Shown here: positions 10,623-20,755 of the stretch, piece after piece
Layout of the letters: each line of letters starts with the position of its first letter
Position numbering within the stretch: the first letter of the stretch is position 1
DNA from: an uncultured Bacilli bacterium
GTDB lineage: Bacteria > Bacillota_I > Bacilli_A > RF39 > UBA660
Direction: 5' to 3'
NCBI GenBank assembly: GCA_958421325.1
Contig: CATZLO010000001.1
Location: forward strand, 7,373-71,372
DNA length: 64,000 bases
Made by a program: the position numbers and the translations under genes
The notes under the pieces: generated by a model
Told to the model about the DNA's origin: nothing
Seen by the model: the letters and a program-made list of their open reading frames with translations, nothing else
Databases searched by the model: none

Positions 10623-11615
10623 TTATTCCTCCTCGTTTTTTAAGATTTGTTTTAGTTTAGTCTCTACTTTACTAATGGTACTATCACTAATTCTAGTAGC
10701 TCCGACCGTTTTATTTCCTCCTCCACCTAATGGAGTAAGTATTTTAGAAATATTATAGTTACCTAGGCTTCTACCACTAATAGAAGTTGTTTTAGATGTG
10801 GTTTTAGCGATAACAAATGAAGCTTCTATATCATTGAAAAATAGAAGAGTATCAGCAATTTTTGCTATTTCTTCTTTACGATACACCGTATAAGGGCTTC
10901 CTTTAGCAATAGCGATTCTATTATTTATAATATCGACATTAGTTATTACTTTTTGTCTTTCAATATACTCTTTTAAGTCTTGTTTTAAAAGATACTGAAC
11001 TTTTTTTGTACTAGCTCCCATACTTGATAGGTAATATGCTGAATAATATGTTTCAGAGTTTGTCTTTAAAGTAAAATTATTAGTATCTAGCACTATTCCT
11101 GATAATAAAAGAGTTGCATAATAAGGGTCTAGTTCCATTTTATAAATTTCTATTAAATTAGTAATCATTTCGCAAGTGCTAGAAATATTATTATCTATTA
11201 TTTTAAGATCGGCATCAATTGATGTTTCTCCTAGCTCATGATGATCTAAGATTACTATATTTTTCTTATCAAAATATTTTAGAGCATCGCATGATTGAAC
11301 TAACTCTTTTTTATTTGTATCTAATATTACTAGTAGATTTTTCTTACCTCTTATATAAAGATTTTTTTCTATTTCACTATCTCTAATTATGTTTAAGCAT
11401 CCATCTAGTTCTTTAAATACTTTAGATACACCCGATTCATGTTTGTTATCATTAATAATTAGAAAACAATTTTTATTTAGTTTTTCTAAAGTTATGTAAA
11501 GACCTATGGAACTACTTAAGGCATCTAAATCTAAATCTTTATGTGCCATTATAAAAACTGTTTTAGAAGTTTTAATTTTTCTTGTTAGTTCTTTTTTTCT
11601 TTCTATTAATTTCAT
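10623..11615 (-). CDS. DHH/DHHA1 family phosphoesterase (NrnA/GdpP-like catalytic portion)
   Basis: DHH motif region ([13 protein letters not shown]) and DHHA1 GGGGN motif; occupies the yybT position before rplI. Confidence 0.8.
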   Translation of the reverse strand: MKLIERKKELTRKIKTSKTVFIMAHKDLDLDALSSSIGLYITLEKLNKNCFLIINDNKHESGVSKVFKELDGCLNIIRDSEIEKNLYIRGKKNLLVILDTNKKELVQSCDALKYFDKKNIVILDHHELGETSIDADLKIIDNNISSTCEMITNLIEIYKMELDPYYATLLLSGIVLDTNNFTLKTNSETYYSAYYLSSMGASTKKVQYLLKQDLKEYIERQKVITNVDIINNRIAIAKGSPYTVYRKEEIAKIADTLLFFNDIEASFVIAKTTSKTTSISGRSLGNYNISKILTPLGGGGNKTVGATRISDSTISKVETKLKQILKNEEE

Positions 11616-11703
11616 TAGATCCTCCTTTTATCCCTTGTTAATATTATATACTATTTTAAATAATAAGTAAAACCTAAAGAAAAAAGTAAATAGTTATTTC
11701 TAT

Positions 11704-11940
11704 TTACTTTGTAAATGGTAATAAACCAATTGCTCTTGCTCTTTTAATTTCTCTTGCAATATGTCTTTGATGACGAGCACAAGTTCCTGTTACACGACGA
11801 GGAACTATTTTACCTCTATCGTTTATAAATCTTTTTAATGTATCAACATCTTTATAGTTAACGTCTTTTCCTGTACACATTATACATACTTTCTTTTTAC
11901 GACGTCCAAATTCTTTGTGTTCTTTAAAGTCTTTAGCCAT
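11704..11940 (-). CDS. rpsR: 30S ribosomal protein S18
   Basis: 78 aa, conserved S18 sequence. Confidence 0.95.
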   Translation of the reverse strand: MAKDFKEHKEFGRRKKKVCIMCTGKDVNYKDVDTLKRFINDRGKIVPRRVTGTCARHQRHIAREIKRARAIGLLPFTK

Positions 11941-11960
11941 AGACTTACGCCTCCCTTCTT

Positions 11961-12467
11961 TTAAAATGGTAACTCACTATCATCAATTTCAATACTTGCT
12001 CCAAAATCAGCATATGGATTGCTTGATATATCAGTTCCAGTATTTGATGATGGTGTATCATTAAAGTCGTATGGAGTTGGCTCTACTGGTTGATTAGATT
12101 GAGCAGTTGCTTGGCTACCATAATTACTAGCTACTGATGATTGATTATCTCTTTTTGAACCAATAAATTCAACACTGTCTGCAATTACTTCAGTAACATA
12201 ACGACGTTGCCCATTTTGGTCATCATAGTTACGTACTTGTATTCTTCCTTCTACTGCTACTTGACTACCTTGTGATAGATAATTTTTAACACTTTCAGCT
12301 TGTCTACGCCATACAACAACTGGTATAAAATCCGCTTCTCTTTCACCTGATTGATTAGTATATGTTCTATTTACTGCTATAGTAAAACTTGTTACTGGTG
12401 TATTATTACCTGTATAACGAAGTTCAGGATCACGAGTTAAACGACCTATTAAAAATACTTTATTCAT
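11961..12467 (-). CDS. ssb: single-stranded DNA-binding protein
   Basis: OB-fold N-terminus [19 protein letters not shown], acidic C-terminal tail DDSELPF. Confidence 0.95.
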   Translation of the reverse strand: MNKVFLIGRLTRDPELRYTGNNTPVTSFTIAVNRTYTNQSGEREADFIPVVVWRRQAESVKNYLSQGSQVAVEGRIQVRNYDDQNGQRRYVTEVIADSVEFIGSKRDNQSSVASNYGSQATAQSNQPVEPTPYDFNDTPSSNTGTDISSNPYADFGASIEIDDSELPF

Positions 12468-12481
12468 ATATACCTCTTTCC

Positions 12482-12769
12482 TTAATCGTCTACTCTAATA
12501 ACTAAATGACGTAGTATATTCTCAGATAGACGAGCTAGACGATCAAATTCAGAAATTGCTTCATGAGTTGCTTCTACAACATATAAGAAATAATAACCAT
12601 TTTTATATTTGTTCATTTCATAAGCTAATTCTTTTTGTCCCATTGCTTTTTCTTCATTAATCTTACATTTTCTATCAGTTAAAACTTTCTTTAGATTTTC
12701 TGCTTCTTTTTTTATAGTAGCCTCATCTAAATCTGGTTTAACGATAAACATGATTTCATAATTTGTCAT
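12482..12769 (-). CDS. rpsF: 30S ribosomal protein S6
   Basis: MTNYEIMFIVKPDLDE...; ATG at 12769 preceded by AGGAGGTG; -10 TATAAT further upstream. Confidence 0.9.
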   Translation of the reverse strand: MTNYEIMFIVKPDLDEATIKKEAENLKKVLTDRKCKINEEKAMGQKELAYEMNKYKNGYYFLYVVEATHEAISEFDRLARLSENILRHLVIRVDD

Positions 12770-13057
12770 TAAACACACACCTCCTTCTGGACATAAGACC
12801 TATTTCTAGGTAAGGAGCATTTTAAATACTCGCTAGTATTATAACAAAAGAAAAAAGAAAAGTCTATCTTTTTCTTCAAATTTATATTTCTTTTATAAAA
12901 ATACCTGGCAAAGTTTGATCGTTTGGTTTAGGTCTATTTCTTTTTTCATTAGTATTAGAACAGTAATTAGGATTGGTATAAGTATCATAATGATCTACTA
13001 ATATTTGTTTATATTATTTTCCCATACCTTAGTTGTTCTTTAGTATATCCTGTCATT

Positions 13058-14155
13058 TTATACATTAAATCTAAACTGGCAGATATCTCCATCCTGCATT
13101 AGGTAATCTTTCCCCTCAAGTCTTGCCTTACCTCTTTCTCTTGCTTTTAGTTCACTACCACACTCTATTAAGTCTTCATATGAAATAACCTCTGCTTTAA
13201 TAAATCCTTTTTCAAAGTCTGTATGGATGATACCAGCACAGCTTTTAGCATTCATGCCTTTTTTAAAAGTCCAAGCTCTTACTTCATCTGGTCCTACAGT
13301 AAAGTAAGTGGCAAGGCCTAATAGGTCATATGTTGTAGCGATTAGTGAATCTAAACCACTTTTTTCTAGTCCTAGAGCTTCTAACATCTCTTTATCATCC
13401 TCTTCCTCTAGTTCACTTAACTCTTCTTCTACTTTAGCACATATTTCTATTACTTTAGCATTTTCTTTACTAGCATATTCTTTAACTTTTTTAACATAAT
13501 CATTGTCATTACCTAAATCGCTTTCATTAACATTTGCAAGATAAATTAATGGCTTTTCTGTCAGAAGATTAAAACTTTTGATGATAGATTTCTCTTCTTT
13601 TGTTAAGTCAATTAATCTTATTGGTATATTTTCTTCTAAAGCTTTTCTTAACTTCTCTAGGGTTTCATACTCTAAAAGTTCATCTTTATCTTTACTCATC
13701 CTAGCTTTTTTACTGATACGATTTATTCTATTAGTTACTGTTTCTAAATCTGCTAGGGCAAGTTCTAAATTAATTGTTTCTATATCTCTTATAGGATCTA
13801 CATTACCATCGACATGGATTATATTACCATTATCAAAACATCTTACTACTTCACAGATAGCATCTACTTCCCTTATATGAGACAAAAACTTATTACCTAG
13901 ACCTTCTCCTTTACTTGCACCTTTTACAAGCCCTGCTATATCTATAAACTCATAATTTGTATAGATTGTTCTTTTAGGGTTATACATACTTGATAATTTA
14001 TCAATCCTCTCATCTTTAACATTTACTATTCCAACATTAGGATCAATGGTTGCAAAGGGATAGTTCTCTGCTAAAATATGGGTCTTTGTTAAGGCATTAA
14101 ATAATGTACTTTTACCAACATTAGGTAGTCCTATGATTCCTGCTTTTAAACTCAT
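13058..14155 (-). CDS. ychF: ribosome-binding ATPase YchF
   Basis: MSLKAGIIGLPNVGKSTLFNALT G1 motif, TGS domain C-terminus; start at MSLK with RBS AAGAGG. Confidence 0.95.
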   Translation of the reverse strand: MSLKAGIIGLPNVGKSTLFNALTKTHILAENYPFATIDPNVGIVNVKDERIDKLSSMYNPKRTIYTNYEFIDIAGLVKGASKGEGLGNKFLSHIREVDAICEVVRCFDNGNIIHVDGNVDPIRDIETINLELALADLETVTNRINRISKKARMSKDKDELLEYETLEKLRKALEENIPIRLIDLTKEEKSIIKSFNLLTEKPLIYLANVNESDLGNDNDYVKKVKEYASKENAKVIEICAKVEEELSELEEEDDKEMLEALGLEKSGLDSLIATTYDLLGLATYFTVGPDEVRAWTFKKGMNAKSCAGIIHTDFEKGFIKAEVISYEDLIECGSELKARERGKARLEGKDYLMQDGDICQFRFNV

Positions 14156-14229
14156 AATATTACCTCTTTTCTTCTTCATATTATAGCATTGTTATATATT
14201 TTTTAAAAGAAAAAAATACCTTGCGGTAT

Positions 14230-15834
14230 TTAAATTGTTGCATATACTCCTGGACCTAGTGGTAGTCCTATTAAGTACCATCCTACTATTAGCAGTATCC
14301 AAGTTACTGCTATTATTCCAAAATATGGGAGTAGGTATCCTATACTCTTGTGGATTGTTATTGGTTTAGATTTATCTTGATTATAAATATTTAAGTATCC
14401 TATGTAGATAGCAAAGCATGCTAGTAATGGTGTTATTCCTGCTGTTAACGAAGTCCCTGCTCTCAATATAAATTGAGCGAATGGTGCAGATAGGTTTGCT
14501 TGCATAAACGCAGGAACCATAACTGGTGCAAATATTTGCCATTTAGCACTTGGTGTGGGAACGAAGAGATTAGCTAGTCCTATCATTATAATAGTAAAGA
14601 TTATTAAAGGTAGTCCTGCAAAGCCAATATTTCCTACAGCACTAGCACACCATGATGCAATAACTGTTCCAATATTTGTTTCTCTAAATACTGATGTAAA
14701 TTGGGATACTACAAAGACAAGCATTAGTACTTCTCCCATAGGAGCGAATGTTTCTTTACAGCCATTAATAATATCCTTATCATTTTTAATGGTTTTAGCA
14801 CCTATTCCATAAGCAATGCCAACAAGGGCTAGAAGTAAGGCCATCATATAAGTAAAACCATCCTGAAAATATGAATTTGTACCAAATAATTGGCCTAAAT
14901 ACGTATCCTCTTCCATATCTAGTAACATTCCAGAATATGGTAAGTTTGGTATTATAGAATATATGAATAATACTATTACTACTATTGCTGTTATAATTGC
15001 TGCCTTTAATCCTCTTTTTTCTCTTCTTTCTTTTTCTATTTTTTGCTGTTCTAGTTCTTTTGCATCTATTTCATCTACTACAACTAATTCTTCTGTTTTA
15101 GATAATTCTTCTTTTTCTTTATATTTACCAAGACGCGGAGCGATTATTTTTTCTATTATAATAGTTCCAACGATTGATAGAATAATTGAAAAAGCAATAA
15201 TTATAAATAAATTTGAGGTTAGGCTGATATGTGCTGAAGTATCTATTAAACGAGCTGCTGTTGTAGTGGCTGGTATTAGGTTTACTTCCATACTTCCTAC
15301 AAATATAGAAACTCCATAACCAAAACTAACTCCTGCAAATGCTGATATTATTCCTAAATGAGGGTTTCTATTATTTAACATAAACAATAAAGCCGCTATG
15401 GGAATTAAAATAACATAACCTACATCGTTTATTAGTGAAGATATAGTTGCTAAAAATATGACGATAAAGGTTAATATCTTTTTGTCTATTTTAATTAGAC
15501 ATCTTTTGCATAAAGTATCTAAAAATCCTGTTGATTTTGCGATACTAAGTCCAAATAATGTTAAAAGCAACATTCCAAGAGGAGCAAAACTTAAAAAGTT
15601 TGTCATAGCATTACTAAATATATATTTTAAACCGTCAAAATTAAATAAATTTTCTACTGTTACTAAAGTATTCTCTAATTCATTAGTGGTTGAACTTATA
15701 GTATTATAGGTTGCTTGCATCTGTAATCCTGATAAAATAGCACTTAAAATTAATATAAGAAAAGTAAGAATTAGATAAACAGTAATAGGATGAAAATAGA
15801 ATTTTTTAAGTTTTAATTTTCTTTTATTACGCAT
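14230..15834 (-). CDS. AbgT family transporter (p-aminobenzoyl-glutamate/antimetabolite transporter family)
   Basis: Multi-TM; N-terminal LFNFDGLKYIFSNAMTNFLSFAPLGMLL and C-terminal LPYFGIIAVTWILLIVGWYLIGLPLGPGVY closely parallel AbgT; start ATG overlaps stop of upstream gene (ATGCGTAA). Confidence 0.8.
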   Translation of the reverse strand: MRNKRKLKLKKFYFHPITVYLILTFLILILSAILSGLQMQATYNTISSTTNELENTLVTVENLFNFDGLKYIFSNAMTNFLSFAPLGMLLLTLFGLSIAKSTGFLDTLCKRCLIKIDKKILTFIVIFLATISSLINDVGYVILIPIAALLFMLNNRNPHLGIISAFAGVSFGYGVSIFVGSMEVNLIPATTTAARLIDTSAHISLTSNLFIIIAFSIILSIVGTIIIEKIIAPRLGKYKEKEELSKTEELVVVDEIDAKELEQQKIEKERREKRGLKAAIITAIVVIVLFIYSIIPNLPYSGMLLDMEEDTYLGQLFGTNSYFQDGFTYMMALLLALVGIAYGIGAKTIKNDKDIINGCKETFAPMGEVLMLVFVVSQFTSVFRETNIGTVIASWCASAVGNIGFAGLPLIIFTIIMIGLANLFVPTPSAKWQIFAPVMVPAFMQANLSAPFAQFILRAGTSLTAGITPLLACFAIYIGYLNIYNQDKSKPITIHKSIGYLLPYFGIIAVTWILLIVGWYLIGLPLGPGVYATI

Positions 15835-16030
15835 CTTGACTCTCCTTTTCAATAATCTTTTTAACTTTTTTATTTAATTCTATTCTTGGAATAAAAACTA
15901 ATCTTCCACAATTTTTACACTTTAATTTGATATCAGCACCTAGTTTTACTATTTCCCAATCATTCGCACCACATGGATGGCCTTTTTTTAATACTAATCT
16001 ATCTCCTAATTTATAATTTTTATTTTCCAT
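15827..16030 (-). CDS. DUF951 family small protein (YyzM-like)
   Basis: 67 aa with CxxC...CxxC pattern, typical position next to ychF/parB locus. Confidence 0.6.
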   Translation of the reverse strand: MENKNYKLGDRLVLKKGHPCGANDWEIVKLGADIKLKCKNCGRLVFIPRIELNKKVKKIIEKESQDA

Positions 16031-16826
16031 TACGAACCTCCATATGTGTTTGTGGCATCTTAATATCAGCTTTGGTTAAGGAACTTTGTAAATCTTTTCT
16101 CATTTTTCTTTGAATATCAAATTCTTTTCCTGTTTTTGTTTTAACAGCAACTTTATATGTTACGGAGTTCTGATCTACCATTTCAACTCCCCATAATTCC
16201 GTTTGTCCTTTAAGAAAATCATAGTTTTTATCAATATTATCCATTGTTTTTCTAATAATTTTCTCAACTTTATCTAAATCGTTGTCTGAATCTACTGCTA
16301 TAGTAACTTCTGCTAAGGATGGATTCAAACTATAATTGGTAACTTCTGTTATCATATGATTTGATATTATTTGAACTGCTCCTTTATAATCTTTTATTCT
16401 TGTTGTTTTAAGACCCATAGCAATAACATCGCCACGGAAGCCATTAATCATTACATTATCACCAATTTCAAACTGATCTTCCACAACTATAGAAATACCA
16501 GCGATAAAGTCTTTAGCTAAATCTTGAAATGCTAAAGTTAATACTGCTGCAACTATTCCTAAGCCCGCTAAAATACTACTTACATCTATACCAAAACTAT
16601 TTAAAATTATTAAAACTGTTAGAAATATAACAATATATTTAAGACAATTATTTATAATGCTTAATATTGTATTAACTCGCTTTTTATTCTTATTATTTAA
16701 GTTTTTATTATGTAAAATCTTAGTAAGAAAATATGTTAATACTTTATAAAAGATATAGGCAATTCCTATATATATAACAGGTCTAACAATATATATAAAT
16801 ATCTCTGAATCAAAAAACTCTTTCAA
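16020..16826 (-). CDS. mechanosensitive ion channel family protein (MscS-like)
   Basis: TM helices followed by conserved MscS beta domain (VGDNVMINGFRGDVIAMGLKTTRIKD). Confidence 0.85.
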   Translation of the reverse strand: MKEFFDSEIFIYIVRPVIYIGIAYIFYKVLTYFLTKILHNKNLNNKNKKRVNTILSIINNCLKYIVIFLTVLIILNSFGIDVSSILAGLGIVAAVLTLAFQDLAKDFIAGISIVVEDQFEIGDNVMINGFRGDVIAMGLKTTRIKDYKGAVQIISNHMITEVTNYSLNPSLAEVTIAVDSDNDLDKVEKIIRKTMDNIDKNYDFLKGQTELWGVEMVDQNSVTYKVAVKTKTGKEFDIQRKMRKDLQSSLTKADIKMPQTHMEVRNGK

Positions 16827-16839
16827 GGGATTGCCTCCT

Positions 16840-17727
16840 TTATTTATCCAAATGCATAATTTCTAGTATTCTTGTTAAGTCATTAGCATTAGTGAAATTT
16901 ATTTCTAATTTATTTTCTTTAATTTTTACTTTAGTTCCTAATTTTTCACACAGATCGTTTGCTAGATAAGAATATTCGTTTGCTTGTTTTGTTGTTTTTC
17001 TTTTAGGTAATTCCTTTTTACGATGATATTCTTCCTTAGATATGGTTAATTCTTCTAATCTTCTGACACTTAAATTTTCATTTATTACTTTGTCTGCTAG
17101 AGTTATAGCTTGTTCTTTATCTTCTAATTTGCTTAGGACTCTAGCATGTCCCATGCTAATTTCGCCTTTAACAACTTCATCTTTTATTTCACTTGGTAAA
17201 GTTAACAGTCCTAACATATTTGTAATGTGACTTCTTGATTTTCCTACTTTTTTTGCTAATTCTTCCTGAGTTAAATTTAATCTTGTCTTTAAAGAGTTAT
17301 AGGCTTCTGCTTCTTCTAATGCACTTAAATTTTCTCTTTGCAAATTTTCAAGAAGAGCAATTTCCATCATTTCTTCGTCACTAAAATCTTTGATAATAGC
17401 AGGTATTGTTGTAAGTCCTGCTAATTTTGATGCTTTTACACGTCGCTCTCCTGCTATTATTTCATAACCTTTTATACTTTTTTTAGCAATTATTGGTTGA
17501 AAAACGCCATGTTCTTTAATGGAAGATGCTAATTCTTTTAAGCTTTCTTCATCAAAGTTTTTACGTGGCTGATAAGGATTACTTCTCAATTCATCTAAAT
17601 CTACGTTTACTATTTGTTCTTTTGGAGTCGTATTAATTATTTTTTCTTCCATTTCTGTCATATTTAGTGGTTCATTATTAAATAATTCTTCAAGTCCTCT
17701 ACCTAAAGCACGCCTTTTAGTTTCCAT
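16840..17727 (-). CDS. parB: chromosome partitioning protein ParB/Spo0J
   Basis: METKRRALGRGLEEL start, ParB box GERR, HTH; downstream of parA/soj as in B. subtilis. Confidence 0.9.
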   Translation of the reverse strand: METKRRALGRGLEELFNNEPLNMTEMEEKIINTTPKEQIVNVDLDELRSNPYQPRKNFDEESLKELASSIKEHGVFQPIIAKKSIKGYEIIAGERRVKASKLAGLTTIPAIIKDFSDEEMMEIALLENLQRENLSALEEAEAYNSLKTRLNLTQEELAKKVGKSRSHITNMLGLLTLPSEIKDEVVKGEISMGHARVLSKLEDKEQAITLADKVINENLSVRRLEELTISKEEYHRKKELPKRKTTKQANEYSYLANDLCEKLGTKVKIKENKLEINFTNANDLTRILEIMHLDK

Positions 17728-18505
17728 TTCTATCAATCACTTCCTTTGCTAAATTTAAATAAGCTTCTGAACCTTTGCTTTTAGGATCATATACTATTAT
17801 AGGTTCTCCGTGTGATGGTGCTTCTGTTAATCTTATTAATCTTGGTATAATAGTATTATATACTTTTTCTTTGAAAAACTTTCTTATATCATCTACTACT
17901 TCAAAACCAAGATTAGTTCTTGAATCTAACATTGTTAGAAGAACTCCTTCTATATCTAGATTAGGATTTAATTGTTTTTGAGCTAGTCTAATTGTGTTTA
18001 ATAATTGCATTATTCCTTCAAGAGCAAAAAATTCACACTGAACTGGAATAATAACTGAATCACTTGCTGTTAAAGCATTTGTTGTAATTAATCCTAATGA
18101 TGGTGGACAGTCTATTATTATGAAATCAAAGTTTTCATCTTCTAGTTCTTGTAAATGATATTTAAGTTGTGCTCCTTTTGCAAAACCAGGTTCACTTTGA
18201 CTTTTTTCAAGTAATTCTATATCAAGTCCTGCTAAATTTATTGTTGCAGGTAAGACATACAATTTTTTATATTTAGTTTTTAACATTGCATCTTTAGTAC
18301 TACATTTATTAGTTAAAACATCATATATACTTAGGTTTATATCTCCTTTGTTGATTCCCACACCAGTAGTTGTATTTCCTTGAGGATCTAAGTCTATTAA
18401 TAATACTTTTTTTCCAAGAAATGCTAGTGATGCAGAAAGGTTAATACTTGTAGTTGTCTTACCTACTCCACCTTTTTGGTTTACTAAAGAAATTACCTTT
18501 GCCAT
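17717..18505 (-). CDS. parA: chromosome partitioning ATPase ParA/Soj
   Basis: Deviant Walker A KGGVGKTT; 262 aa. Confidence 0.95.
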   Translation of the reverse strand: MAKVISLVNQKGGVGKTTTSINLSASLAFLGKKVLLIDLDPQGNTTTGVGINKGDINLSIYDVLTNKCSTKDAMLKTKYKKLYVLPATINLAGLDIELLEKSQSEPGFAKGAQLKYHLQELEDENFDFIIIDCPPSLGLITTNALTASDSVIIPVQCEFFALEGIMQLLNTIRLAQKQLNPNLDIEGVLLTMLDSRTNLGFEVVDDIRKFFKEKVYNTIIPRLIRLTEAPSHGEPIIVYDPKSKGSEAYLNLAKEVIDRNGN

Positions 18506-18602
18506 TTTATCACTCTCTTCTCTTATTTGTCTTACTTATTGTATCAAAAATATGTTGTAATGAAAAGGAAATTTATCTAAAAAAGTAGATTTAACTCTAC
18601 TT

Positions 18603-20042
18603 TTAGCCCTCATTATTTTCTTTTGATATTTTAATTGTGATTTGATAGTTATTAACAAGATCTACTTCATCAATATCTACTATGAAACCGCTTTCCTCAA
18701 TTTTCTTTAGAGTTTCTCTTACTAAATTTATAGATTCATTTAAACTATATTTTGGTTTTGTAATAGTTGATAATTCTTTATTGTTTTCAATATTATCTTG
18801 GAAAAGTGGATTATGCGCAAATGGATTATTAAAACTATTAATAGATTGCGAAGGATTTAAAGGTGCATTTGCTTGATCATTAACTCCTGATAGTAATTTG
18901 TCCATAGAAGTACTTGTAGAATCTTCTAATTTTCTTGTTTCATTTCCTAAACTGAAAGGATCAACATTATTAATTTGAGGTTCTGTTGGGGTTGGTGTAT
19001 TAAATATAGGTGCTTTGTTTTTATCATTACTATCAGTTTGTGGCTCATCTACAGGTGAGAAGAATTTAAATAATTGTTGAGGTTCCTCTTTTTGTTCTTC
19101 TTTAGAAGGTATTTTTAGAAATTCATCTATATTTGTTTTATTAGAATTAGTTTCATCTTCATTTATATCTTTAGCATTATACTTTATTGCATTAATATCA
19201 ATAGGTTTAGTAGCTGTGCTTTCTAGATTTTCAGTAATATTAGGAACATCATAATCGATAAATTTAGGGGGTGTTGAATAATCAATACCTACACTTTGAT
19301 TAAATTTATTTTCAGATGGTTGTTGTGGTTTTGTTGTATCATTAGAAAAATCTGTAGGTATTATTGATTCTATTGAACTGACATTTGTATTAACTGGTTG
19401 GGGATTCAAAAGTTTGTCAATATCTGTAGGATTTAGATTTTCTTTAGGTTTTATCTTTTCTTCTAATTCTTTAACTGTTAGTTTATTATCAATTACCTCT
19501 TTTAATAATTTTTTTTGGCTATCAACAGAAGGAGCATTCAATAAAGTCCTTGCATGTCGTTCTGATATTTGATCTTTTAATAGAGCATCTTGAACTTCAT
19601 CAGTTAAAGATAATAAACGTAGTTTGTTTGCAATGGCGCTTTGGCTTTTACCCATGGTTTTAGCTAATTCCTCTTGAGTCATTTGATCTAGTTCAAGAAT
19701 TTTTTGGTATGTTTTCGCTTCTTCTATTGGATTTAGATTCTTGCGTTGCAAATTTTCAAGGAGGGCTACCTTACTACTTTCTTTATCATCTAAGTTTCGA
19801 ATGATAGCTGGTATTGTTGTAAGTCCTGCCATAGCAGATGCTTTGTAACGTCTTTCTCCTGCTATTATTTCATATTTATTACCAATATTACGAACAATAA
19901 TTGGTTGAATTACACCATGTTCTTTAATAGAAACAGCTAGTTCTTTTAAGGCTCTTTCATCAAATACTTGTCTAGGTTGAAATCTATTTGGAATTATATC
20001 ATCTAAATGTAAATATACAACTTCATTATCTTTATTATCCAT
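18603..20042 (-). CDS. Noc-like ParB-family protein with ~200-aa low-complexity insertion
   Basis: N-terminal ParB/HTH domains and C-terminal SINLVRETLKKIEESGF...YQITIKISK resembling Noc; long N/P/T/S/Q-rich stretch between them; occupies noc position between rsmG and soj. Confidence 0.75.
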   Translation of the reverse strand: MDNKDNEVVYLHLDDIIPNRFQPRQVFDERALKELAVSIKEHGVIQPIIVRNIGNKYEIIAGERRYKASAMAGLTTIPAIIRNLDDKESSKVALLENLQRKNLNPIEEAKTYQKILELDQMTQEELAKTMGKSQSAIANKLRLLSLTDEVQDALLKDQISERHARTLLNAPSVDSQKKLLKEVIDNKLTVKELEEKIKPKENLNPTDIDKLLNPQPVNTNVSSIESIIPTDFSNDTTKPQQPSENKFNQSVGIDYSTPPKFIDYDVPNITENLESTATKPIDINAIKYNAKDINEDETNSNKTNIDEFLKIPSKEEQKEEPQQLFKFFSPVDEPQTDSNDKNKAPIFNTPTPTEPQINNVDPFSLGNETRKLEDSTSTSMDKLLSGVNDQANAPLNPSQSINSFNNPFAHNPLFQDNIENNKELSTITKPKYSLNESINLVRETLKKIEESGFIVDIDEVDLVNNYQITIKISKENNEG

Positions 20043-20107
20043 ATTAATACCCTCTTTATTCTTTATTTTTTTACTAATCTCATTATATCATCATTTTCAC
20101 TAGTTTG

Positions 20108-20755
20108 CTAGGCTTTATTTTTTATTTCTAAAATTGTTCTTATATCTTCTTTATTCGGTAAAGTAAAAATTTCCTTTTTATTAACATACCAATTATACTT
20201 TTTCATCATAGTTTTAGATTGTTCTAATTCTTCTTCAACATTTCCTTTCATAGCAAGAAAACTGCCGGTTTGATTTACTAAGGGTACGGTCCATGGCAAC
20301 AATTTAGGGAGGGATGCTACAGCTCTTGCAGTTACGATATCAAACTTTTTACCATCCCTTATCAAGTCCTCAGCACGTATGTGATAAGCTTTTATACCAG
20401 TTAGTTGCAATTTTTCTATTAACTTGTTAAGATAATTTACCCTTTTTAAAAGAGAATCTACTAAAGTTATTTCTAAGTTAGGATAAAATATTTTTAAAAT
20501 AAGTCCTGGAAAACCTGCTCCTGTTCCAATATCACAGAGGTTATTGGCTTTAGATAAATCATATACTTTAGATAATGTTAGACTATCATAGAAATGTTTT
20601 AAATAAACATCTTCTTTTTTTGTTATTCTTGTTAGGTTCATAGTTTTATTAGTTTCAATTAATGTATTATAAATAACTTCTAATTGTTCTAGTTCTTTAG
20701 TTGTTACTTTTAATCCTAAAGCTTCGACTGCTTTTGTAAATTCTTCATTATTCAT
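20108..20755 (-). CDS. rsmG: 16S rRNA (guanine527-N7)-methyltransferase RsmG
   Basis: GidB family SAM-binding motif DIGTGAGFPG. Confidence 0.9.
   Translation of the reverse strand: MNNEEFTKAVEALGLKVTTKELEQLEVIYNTLIETNKTMNLTRITKKEDVYLKHFYDSLTLSKVYDLSKANNLCDIGTGAGFPGLILKIFYPNLEITLVDSLLKRVNYLNKLIEKLQLTGIKAYHIRAEDLIRDGKKFDIVTARAVASLPKLLPWTVPLVNQTGSFLAMKGNVEEELEQSKTMMKKYNWYVNKKEIFTLPNKEDIRTILEIKNKA

Noticed and set aside
13308-13880. Plus-strand ORFs (63 and 100 aa) inside ychF
   Set aside because: Antisense to a highly conserved gene. Ser/Leu-rich low-complexity translations.
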